NCBI RefSeq assembly: GCF_001457595.1
Contig: NZ_LN831039.1
Span: 2,610,001 to 2,642,000 of the forward strand
Source: Mycolicibacterium smegmatis
GTDB taxonomy: Bacteria > Actinomycetota > Actinomycetes > Mycobacteriales > Mycobacteriaceae
DNA length: 32,000 nucleotides
Direction: 5' to 3'
A program made the position numbers and the translations under genes. Below the pieces are notes generated by a model, which was not told the DNA's origin, did not search any database, and worked only from the letters and a program-made list of their open reading frames with translations. Positions 24,741 to 31,663 of the stretch are shown here, piece after piece (position 1 is the first letter of the stretch; each line of letters starts with the position of its first letter).

Positions 24741-26318
24741 TCACCGCGACACCGGGTGTGCGGACACCACGGATTGTCCGGACACGCTGGTGAGCAGGCC
24801 GGTGATCAGGTCGTGAGTCCGGTCGGCCGGTCCGGCGCCGTAGACATGGAAGTCCGGGCGGATCACGACGGTGTCGGCGCCGAGTTCGTCGAGCCATGCG
24901 CGGTAGGTGCCGTCGACATCGTCGGCGACGACGATGCCTGCACTCGGCGTGCCCGCCAGCGCGACCGACGCCATCCCGAGATCTGCCAGGCCGGAACGCA
25001 CATCGGGCGAGATCTCGGCCAGCGTCGCCGCGGTCCGTGTGATGACGGCGCCCGGCCCGCCCAGCGCATCGTCGAACAGAGTGGGTTCGGCCGAACCCAT
25101 CCGGATCCGCCCCTGCCTGGCGAGCGTGCCACCCGCTTCGCCGACGTGCAGGCCCGCACCCAGGCCGGGGCGCGGCGGCGCGGGAGGCGCCATCCCGGCC
25201 CGCCAGTCGGCAATCATGCGTTCGTCGCGCGCGGCCGCCTCGTGCTCGTCGGTGATGCAGATGACCTGCCCCAGCGAGGTGGAGAACTTCACGAAAGCCA
25301 CAGCGTGGTGCAGGCGTTCGCTGCCGTAGGTGTCCAGTAGTCCGGCGTCGGCGCGCCCACGCAGGACCGCATCGAGCTTCCACGACAGGTTCATCGCGTC
25401 ACGCATGCCGGCACCGAGGCCCTGGCCTGCGAACGGCGGCATCAGATGGGCTGCGTCACCGGCGACCAGCACGCGCCCGTCACGCCATCGATCGGCCCAG
25501 CATGCCTTGAAGGTGTACACCGCGTGGCGCTCCAGTCGAGCATTGCCGGGGCCCACTCCGAACGGCGCGAGCAACTCCCACGCCTTTGCGTCCGTGTTGA
25601 GTTCCTCGCGGCTCTCGTGGGGGAGACGCATGAACTCCCACCGCCGTCGGCCGGGTCCCCCAGGAACCATCGTCGCCGGGCGCCGGTGATCACAGCTCTG
25701 CACCGCGATGTGCGGAAAGTTCAGTTCGTGCGACGGTTTCACATCGACCACCAACCAATCGAAGTAGTAACCGTCGTTGTGCCAGCCCAAGCCGGCCCAC
25801 TCGCGGACCTTGCTGTTGGCGCCGTCGGCGCCGATGACCCACTCGGCGTCGATCGTCATCTCGGCACCGGTCGAGGCCGACCGGATCGCCACAGTCGCGC
25901 GATCCTCGCACTGCCTCAGCGCGGTCGCCTCCCATCCGCGGATGACGCGAACGTTGTCCACGCCTGCGACGTGTGCTTCCAGTGCATCCTCGAGCGCCGG
26001 CTGGTTGAAGAAATATGTGTTGTACCAACCCGATTCGCCTCGACCGCTCCAGTCGACGTCCAGCAGGGTGTCGTTATCGCCGTTGCGCCACCGGTACATG
26101 TCGTCGTAGGGCTCGGTGATGTGCGGGATCTTGTCCGGGCTCAGGCCGACCGACTGGAGGATCCGTGCGACGTCCGAACAGTGGGTCACCGCGCGCGGCA
26201 ACGGATAGCTGGCCTCGTTGCGGTCGACGACGATGACCGAATGGCCGCGGCGGCCCAGCTGAACAGCGAGGAGCTTTCCCACCGGGCCGAAGCCGACGAT
26301 CACGACTTCTGTGGTCAT
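24741..26318 (-). CDS. FAD-dependent aromatic-ring hydroxylase (MhpA / PheA-TfdB-like class A flavoprotein monooxygenase)
   Basis: The dinucleotide fold is VVIVGFGPVGKLLAVQLGRRGHSVIVVD. GADGANSKV, LVAGDAAHLMPPFAGQGLGAGMRDAMNLSWKL and a C-terminal thioredoxin-like extension are also present. I prefer ATG 26318 as the start; the alternative is TTG 26348. Confidence 0.85.
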   Translation of the reverse strand: MTTEVVIVGFGPVGKLLAVQLGRRGHSVIVVDRNEASYPLPRAVTHCSDVARILQSVGLSPDKIPHITEPYDDMYRWRNGDNDTLLDVDWSGRGESGWYNTYFFNQPALEDALEAHVAGVDNVRVIRGWEATALRQCEDRATVAIRSASTGAEMTIDAEWVIGADGANSKVREWAGLGWHNDGYYFDWLVVDVKPSHELNFPHIAVQSCDHRRPATMVPGGPGRRRWEFMRLPHESREELNTDAKAWELLAPFGVGPGNARLERHAVYTFKACWADRWRDGRVLVAGDAAHLMPPFAGQGLGAGMRDAMNLSWKLDAVLRGRADAGLLDTYGSERLHHAVAFVKFSTSLGQVICITDEHEAAARDERMIADWRAGMAPPAPPRPGLGAGLHVGEAGGTLARQGRIRMGSAEPTLFDDALGGPGAVITRTAATLAEISPDVRSGLADLGMASVALAGTPSAGIVVADDVDGTYRAWLDELGADTVVIRPDFHVYGAGPADRTHDLITGLLTSVSGQSVVSAHPVSR

Positions 26319-26543
26319 CTGGTGTGCGGAGGCACGGCTGGTGTTCAAGGCGATCCATTCTCACGAGCAGGCAGGGTGGCTGCGCTCAGGATGGGTGCCG
26401 GTCACGCTGTGTGTCAGTCGTGACGTCCCGTATTTCGGGACACTGAACGCAGCCCGGCCGGGCCGGCTGGGGAATTGACGCGCGTCGAACCCGTTGCAGG
26501 CGGGAACGTATGTCGTAGTCGTCTTGCCGATCACCCCGAACCG

Positions 26544-26563
26544 TGACAATCTTCAGATTGTCA
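26544..26563. promoter_or_regulatory. Inverted repeat TGACAATC-ttca-GATTGTCA (operator candidate) in the hydroxylase / MFS divergent intergenic region
   Basis: The 8-bp arms are perfectly complementary (26544-26551 and 26556-26563). The right arm runs into GATTGTCAACAAAA, which matches the 14-bp palindrome at 29414-29427 at 11 of 14 positions. Confidence 0.4.
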
Positions 26564-26656
26564 ACAAAACTACGACCTGGTCGGATGATCTCATCGCGAC
26601 CCGATCGCACGTATGCGGTCAGTCCGTTCAGTGTCGATGCACGACGAGGAGGGCCC

Positions 26657-28063
26657 GTGGGCTCCAGAAACGGCTCCGAGAACGGCTCCGAACACACCTC
26701 ACCACCCGCCGTCGGCGATCAACCCCCCGCAGTCGTACGGAAGGCGGTGGCCGCATCGGCCATCGGCAATGCGACCGAGTGGTTCGACTACGGCATCTAC
26801 GCCTACGGCGTCACGTACATCTCCGCGGCGATCTTCCCGGGCGATGCCGGGACCGCCACGCTGCTCGCGCTCATGACATTCGCGGTCTCGTTCCTGGTCC
26901 GGCCTCTCGGCGGTTTCGTGTGGGGACCGCTCGGTGACCGCCTGGGCCGCAAGCGCGTCCTGGCCATCACGATCCTGATGATGGCAGGCGCGACGCTGTG
27001 TGTCGGACTGGTCCCGACGTACGCGTCGATCGGGATCTGGGCGCCCATCACCCTGGTGGTGCTGCGGATGATCCAGGGCTTCTCCACCGGCGGTGAATAC
27101 GGCGGCGCGGCAACCTTCATGGCGGAGTACGCACCCACCCGCAAGCGCGGATTCCTCGGCAGCTTCCTCGAATTCGGCACTCTGGCCGGATTCTCGCTGG
27201 GCGCGCTTCTCATGCTCGGGTGCTCACTGGTGCTGGGCGAGAACGACATGCAGGCCTGGGGCTGGCGCCTGCCGTTCCTGGTCGCCGCCCCGCTCGGGCT
27301 GGTCGGGATCTATCTGCGGACCCGCCTGGAGGACACCCCGGTTTTCCGGGAGCTTGCGGAGAAGGGCGGCACGGAGGAGCAGGCCACCAAGGCTTTCCGC
27401 GATCTGATCGTGGAGTACTGGCGGCCGATCCTGCGGTTGGCCGGCCTGGTGGTCGCGCTGAACGTCGTGAACTACACGCTGCTCAGCTACATGCCGACCT
27501 ACCTGGAGAACGAGATCGGCCTGTCGACCGACTCGTCGCTGGTGGTTCCCATCATCGGCATGCTGACCATGATGGTGTTCCTGCCGTTCGCGGGCAGGCT
27601 GTCGGATCGCGTCGGACGCAAACCGCTGTGGTGGTTCTCGCTCGCCGGCCTCTTCGTCGCGGGCCTGCCGATGTTCATGCTGATGGGCACCGGTATGGCG
27701 GGTGCGGTGATCGGCTTCGCCGTGCTGGGCCTGCTCTATGTGCCTCAGCTGGCGACGATCTCGGCCACCTTCCCGGCGATGTTCCCCACCCACGTGCGGT
27801 ACGCCGGTTTCGCGATCGCGTACAACGTCTCGACGTCGCTGTTCGGCGGAACCGCGCCCGCGGTCAACGAATGGCTCATCGGCAGGACGGGGGACGGTCT
27901 CATTCCCGCCTACTACATGATGGCGGCCTGCGTGGTCGGCGCCATCGCCTTGATCTCGGTTCCCGAGACCAGTCGGTGCCCGATCAACGGCACGCACATC
28001 CCCGGCACCGCAGAGGCGCCGCGGGCACTGTCCTACCACGCCCGCCCGACAGCGCCCGCCTGA
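26657..28063 (+). CDS. MFS transporter, metabolite:H+ symporter (MHS) family (KgtP/ProP/ShiA-like)
   Basis: MHS hallmark blocks are IGNATEWFDYGIYAY, RPLGGFVWGPLGDRLGRKRVL, RMIQGFSTGGEYGGAATFMAEYAP and KRGFLGSFLEFG. GTG 26657 is preceded by GAGGAGGG. In-frame alternatives are ATG 26585 and GTG 26543, the latter being the track start. Confidence 0.8.
   Translation: MGSRNGSENGSEHTSPPAVGDQPPAVVRKAVAASAIGNATEWFDYGIYAYGVTYISAAIFPGDAGTATLLALMTFAVSFLVRPLGGFVWGPLGDRLGRKRVLAITILMMAGATLCVGLVPTYASIGIWAPITLVVLRMIQGFSTGGEYGGAATFMAEYAPTRKRGFLGSFLEFGTLAGFSLGALLMLGCSLVLGENDMQAWGWRLPFLVAAPLGLVGIYLRTRLEDTPVFRELAEKGGTEEQATKAFRDLIVEYWRPILRLAGLVVALNVVNYTLLSYMPTYLENEIGLSTDSSLVVPIIGMLTMMVFLPFAGRLSDRVGRKPLWWFSLAGLFVAGLPMFMLMGTGMAGAVIGFAVLGLLYVPQLATISATFPAMFPTHVRYAGFAIAYNVSTSLFGGTAPAVNEWLIGRTGDGLIPAYYMMAACVVGAIALISVPETSRCPINGTHIPGTAEAPRALSYHARPTAPA
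26660..26695 (+). repeat. Three imperfect tandem copies of a 12-bp unit (ggctccRRRaac) encoding GSRN-GSEN-GSEH at the transporter N-terminus
   Basis: The copies are ggctccagaaac, ggctccgagaac and ggctccgaacac, read directly from 26660-26695. They are in frame with the transporter ORF. Confidence 0.7.
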
Positions 28064-28066
28064 CCA

Positions 28067-28111
28067 CATGAGTTGGCCCTCGGCGTGAAAACCGCCGAGG
28101 GTCAACTCATG
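28067..28111. terminator. Bidirectional terminator hairpin between the convergent MFS transporter and aminotransferase genes
   Basis: The 19-nt arms are catgagttggccctcggcg (28067-28085) and cgccgagggtcaactcatg (28093-28111). They are complementary except for one position, which is a G-U pair in one RNA orientation. The loop is 7 nt, tgaaaac. The hairpin starts 3 nt after the transporter stop and ends 11 nt before the aminotransferase stop. Confidence 0.6.
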
Positions 28112-28122
28112 TCGCGAACCGG

Positions 28123-29376
28123 TCAGGACACGACGGCGCTCACGGCGTCGGCCCAGATGCCCGCGGCCTCTTCCACCTCATCGGCGGAGACGACGAGCGC
28201 GGGGATGAAGCGCACCACCTGACCCCACGCGCCGCACGTCAGCAGCAGCAACCCGCGGCGGGCCGCCTCCTGCTGCACCGCGGCCGCGGTGGTGCCGTCG
28301 GGTTTGCCGTCGGCGTCGCGGAATTCGTTGCCGATCATCAACCCGAGTCCGCGGACGTCGGTGATCTGCTCGTGCTTGTCGGCGACCGTCTGCAGAGCCT
28401 GCTTGAGCTGTGCGCCGCGCTCCGCGGCATTGGCGACGAGGTTCTCGTCCGCGATCACGTCGAGGGTCGCGATCGCGGCCGCGCAGGCCACCGCGTTGGC
28501 CCCGTAGGTGCCGCCCTGCGACCCCGGCCACGCCTTGGCCATCAACTCCGACGACGCGGCGATCCCGGACAGCGGGAAGCCCGACGCCAGGCCTTTGGCC
28601 GTCACCAGGATGTCCGGTTTGGCGTCGAAATGCTCGCCGCCCCAGAACTTTCCCGTGCGGCCGTATCCGGTCTGCACCTCGTCGAGCACCAACAGGATGC
28701 CGTGCGCATCGGCGCGTTCCCGCAGTCCGGCGAGGAAACGCTCGTTGGCCGGAACATAACCGCCCTCGCCCAGCACGGGTTCGACGAAGAACGCGGCGGT
28801 GTCGGCCGGCGCGCTCACCGTCTGCAGCACGTAATCGAGTTGCGAGAGTGCGAAATCGGTGGTCTGTTCGACGGGCCAACCGAAGTGGGTGGGATCGGGG
28901 AACGGCGATACGTGCACGCCGGCCATCAGTGGGCTGAACCCCGACCGGAATTTGGTGCCGGAGGTGGTCATCGACGCCGCGGCCACGGTCCTGCCGTGAA
29001 AGCCGCCGTGGAAGACGATGACGTTGGGACGGCCGGTGGCCTGCCTGCTGAGCCGCAGCGCGGCCTCGATGGCCTCGCTGCCGGAGTTGGCGAAGAACAT
29101 CCGGTCCAGCCCGGCCGGGAGCACCTCACCGAGCCGCTCCACCAGGGTGAGCAGTGGCCGGTGCATGACCGTGGTGTACTGCCCGTGGATGAGCGTCCCC
29201 ACCTGTCGCTGCGCGGCCTCGACGACCCGGGGATGGCAGTGTCCGGTGCTCGTCACACCGATACCCGCGGTGAAATCGAGGTATCGGCGGTCCTGTTCGT
29301 CGTAGAGCAGGACGCCCTCGCCGCGGGCGGCGATCACGCCGGTTGCCTGCTTGAGGGCCTGCGAAAGTTCGGTCAC
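28123..29376 (-). CDS. Class III PLP-dependent aminotransferase (GabT/DavT-like omega-aminotransferase)
   Basis: GTG 29376 is preceded by AAGGGGA. Class III blocks are FANSGSEAIEAALRL, FHGGFHGRT, FFVEPVLGEGG, LVLDEVQTGYGRTGK and the PLP-lysine block DILVTAKGLASGFP. The track start at 29466 adds 30 unlikely codons. Confidence 0.85.
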   Translation of the reverse strand: MTELSQALKQATGVIAARGEGVLLYDEQDRRYLDFTAGIGVTSTGHCHPRVVEAAQRQVGTLIHGQYTTVMHRPLLTLVERLGEVLPAGLDRMFFANSGSEAIEAALRLSRQATGRPNVIVFHGGFHGRTVAAASMTTSGTKFRSGFSPLMAGVHVSPFPDPTHFGWPVEQTTDFALSQLDYVLQTVSAPADTAAFFVEPVLGEGGYVPANERFLAGLRERADAHGILLVLDEVQTGYGRTGKFWGGEHFDAKPDILVTAKGLASGFPLSGIAASSELMAKAWPGSQGGTYGANAVACAAAIATLDVIADENLVANAAERGAQLKQALQTVADKHEQITDVRGLGLMIGNEFRDADGKPDGTTAAAVQQEAARRGLLLLTCGAWGQVVRFIPALVVSADEVEEAAGIWADAVSAVVS

Positions 29377-29413
29377 TGTGTCCCCTTGCGTGTTGTGTCG
29401 ATGGGTATTGATA

Positions 29414-29427
29414 GATTGTCGACAATC
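29414..29427. promoter_or_regulatory. Perfect 14-bp palindrome GATTGTCGACAATC in the aminotransferase / semialdehyde dehydrogenase divergent intergenic region (GntR-type GT-N-AC operator candidate)
   Basis: gattgtcgacaatc equals its own reverse complement. It sits centrally in the 88-bp AT-enriched spacer 29377-29464 and shares the GATTGTC/GACAATC half-site with the inverted repeat at 26544-26563. Confidence 0.45.
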
Positions 29428-29464
29428 AGCGTATCGATCGGCGCGTGCCGGTGGAAGGGGTCTC

Positions 29465-30925
29465 ATGACGGAGCACGAGAACCGCGTGGTGAGCGGCGTT
29501 CAGAAGCGGCTCTTCATCGACGGCAAGTGGGTGGACGCGACAGATGGCGCCACATTCGACGTCCTCGATCCGGCGACCGGCGAGGTGTTGTGCGCGGTCG
29601 CCGACGCCTCGCCGCAGGACGGCCGTGCGGCACTCGACGCCGCCGTCGCCGCGCAACCGGAGTTCGCCGCTCTTCCGCCGCGTGAACGCGCCGACATGCT
29701 CACCGGGGCGTTCGAACTGCTGCACGAGCGCATCGACGACCTGGCGCTGCTGATGACGCTCGAGATGGGCAAGCCCCTCGCCGAGGCGCGCGGTGAGATC
29801 ACCTACGCCGCAGAGTTCTTCCGGCACTTCGCCGCCGAGGCGGTCCGTATCGACGGCGGCTACCAGACCGCGCCCGCGGGCGGGTCGCGCTTCTTGATCG
29901 CGCGGCAGCCGGTGGGGCCGTGCCTGCTCATCACGCCGTGGAACTTCCCCATGGCGATGGGCACCCGCAAGCTGGGGCCCGCCATCGCGGCCGGGTGCAC
30001 GAGCGTCATCAAACCCGCCCACCAGACCCCGCTGTCGATGCTGGCGCTCATGGACATCCTCTCGGAGGTCGGCGTGCCCGCCGGCGCCGTCAACTGTGTC
30101 ACCGCCATGGACGCCGGCGGCGTGATGGAACCTCTCGTCAGGTCCGGTCTGGCGCGCAAGCTCTCGTTCACCGGGTCCACCAAGGTGGGGCGCATGCTGC
30201 TGGAGCAGTGCGCCGAGAAGATCCTGCGCACCTCTCTGGAACTCGGCGGCAACGCACCGCTGATCGTGTTCGAGGACGCCGATCTCGACGAGGCCGTCGA
30301 GGGCGCGATCCTCGCCAAGATGCGCAACATGGGGGAGGCCTGCACGGCCGCCAACCGGCTGTTCGTGCACTCGTCGGTGATCGACGAGTTCGGCAGGCGC
30401 CTCGCCGAGCGCATGGCGGAGATGCCCGTCGGGCGCGGTACCGAGGACGGTGTGCGGGTGGGGCCGCTGATCGACGAGGCCGCACTGCAGAAGGTCACGT
30501 CGCTGGTCGACGACGCGGTCAAGCGTGGCGCCACCGTGCTGACCGGTGGCTCGGCGCCGTCGGGTCCCGGGTTCTTCTATCCGCCGACGGTGCTCAGCGG
30601 TGTGCCGCGCGACGCGGAGATGGTGGGCCAGGAGATCTTCGGGCCGGTCGCGCCGCTGACGCCGTTCGATACCGAGGAAGAGGCCGTGGCCGCCGCCAAC
30701 GACACCGAATACGGGCTCGTCTCTTACGTTTTCACCAATGACCTGCGTCGCGCGCTGCGCGTCGCGGAGGCACTCGAAACCGGCATGGTCGGGCTCAACC
30801 AGGGCATCGTCTCCAACCCCGCGGCGCCGTTCGGCGGCATCAAGGAATCCGGCCTCGGACGGGAAGGCGGCGCGGTCGGTATCGACGAGTTCCTGGAGAC
30901 CAAGTACGTCGGTATCAAGATGTGA
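29465..30925 (+). CDS. gabD: NAD(P)+-dependent succinate-/glutarate-semialdehyde dehydrogenase
   Basis: ATG 29465 gives MTEHENR... SSADH-type ALDH blocks are QPVGPCLLITPWNFPMAMGTRKLGPAIAAGCTSVIKPA, FTGSTKVG, LELGGNAP (catalytic Glu), RNMGEACTAANRLFV (catalytic Cys) and EEIFGPV-like QEIFGPVAP. Confidence 0.8.
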   Translation: MTEHENRVVSGVQKRLFIDGKWVDATDGATFDVLDPATGEVLCAVADASPQDGRAALDAAVAAQPEFAALPPRERADMLTGAFELLHERIDDLALLMTLEMGKPLAEARGEITYAAEFFRHFAAEAVRIDGGYQTAPAGGSRFLIARQPVGPCLLITPWNFPMAMGTRKLGPAIAAGCTSVIKPAHQTPLSMLALMDILSEVGVPAGAVNCVTAMDAGGVMEPLVRSGLARKLSFTGSTKVGRMLLEQCAEKILRTSLELGGNAPLIVFEDADLDEAVEGAILAKMRNMGEACTAANRLFVHSSVIDEFGRRLAERMAEMPVGRGTEDGVRVGPLIDEAALQKVTSLVDDAVKRGATVLTGGSAPSGPGFFYPPTVLSGVPRDAEMVGQEIFGPVAPLTPFDTEEEAVAAANDTEYGLVSYVFTNDLRRALRVAEALETGMVGLNQGIVSNPAAPFGGIKESGLGREGGAVGIDEFLETKYVGIKM

Positions 30926-30940
30926 GGTGGGGCGGCGGCG

Positions 30941-31663
30941 TCACCCCTTGCCGCCGCCATCACTGTTGCCCTTGCGCTTGCCCTTTCCCTTGCCACTGCC
31001 GTCGCCGTTGCCGTTGCCATCCGGCGGGATCAGCCGGTTGAGCGCGTCGTCCATGTGGGCGATCAGCAGTTCGTCGGTGAGCTCGCGGTCACCGGCCTTG
31101 ATCGCGGCGGCGATGGCGCGGTGCTCCTCGCTGCGGAAGTCCGAGACCGAGTAGGACTCGTCGAGTGCGTGGATGCACATCTGGGTCTCGGTGATGAACG
31201 TCTGGTGCATGCGGCTGAGGCGCGGGCTGTCGGACAGTTCCACCAGGCGGATGTGGAATCTGATGTCCACCTCGCTGTTCTCGGCCGGGGTACGCGCCTT
31301 CGTCATCTGCTCGACGATCTCCAGCAGCGCGTCGCCCGCCGCGACGTGGTCACCGCGCAGGATCTTGGCGGCCGCCGCGCGCTCGATGGCCTCGCGGGCC
31401 AGGTACATGTCGCACACCTCGTCGGGCGTCATCTCGATGACGAACAGGCCGCGGTGACGGATCGACACCAGCAGCCCCTCCTGCGTGAGCCGCTGCATGC
31501 CCTCACGCAGCGGTCCGCGGCTCACGCCGAGTTTCTGTGCCAGTGCGGCCTCACTGAGCTGTTGGCCAGGCTTGAACTCGCGGGCACCGATCGCCTGCCG
31601 CAGCTTGTCGGCGATCAGGCTCGGCGTCGACTGCTGCTCGAGCGGCTCGAGATAGCTCGTCAT
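30941..31663 (-). CDS. GntR family transcriptional regulator (FadR/FCD subfamily) with a 28-aa Gly/Asn/Lys/Asp-rich C-terminal tail
   Basis: The wHTH is LSEAALAQKLGVSRGPLREGMQRLTQEGLLVSIRHRGLFV, followed by an FCD-type helical domain. The tail is PPDGNGNGDGSGKGKGKRKGNSDGGGKG. The start ATG 31663 overlaps the stop of the upstream gene (ATGA on the minus strand). Confidence 0.85.
   Translation of the reverse strand: MTSYLEPLEQQSTPSLIADKLRQAIGAREFKPGQQLSEAALAQKLGVSRGPLREGMQRLTQEGLLVSIRHRGLFVIEMTPDEVCDMYLAREAIERAAAAKILRGDHVAAGDALLEIVEQMTKARTPAENSEVDIRFHIRLVELSDSPRLSRMHQTFITETQMCIHALDESYSVSDFRSEEHRAIAAAIKAGDRELTDELLIAHMDDALNRLIPPDGNGNGDGSGKGKGKRKGNSDGGGKG

Noticed and set aside
24706-25383. N-terminal 226 codons of track ORF 24016..25383
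   Set aside because: This is an Arg/Pro/Gly-rich extension overlapping the 3' half of the hydroxylase gene in another frame. Meaningful sequence starts at ATG 24705.
29408-29437. Overlapping divergent promoters TTGATA-N18-TATCGA (plus) / TCGATA-N18-TATCAA (minus) around the 14-bp palindrome
   Set aside because: I did not call this as a feature. Both putative -10 hexamers lack the highly conserved final T of the actinobacterial TANNNT element, so the symmetry may be coincidental. It is mentioned only as context in a finding.
28372-30370. 437-aa plus ORF (28372..29685) and 314-aa minus ORF (29426..30370)
   Set aside because: They are antisense shadows of the aminotransferase and gabD genes respectively. 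The first would also read straight through the divergent promoter region.
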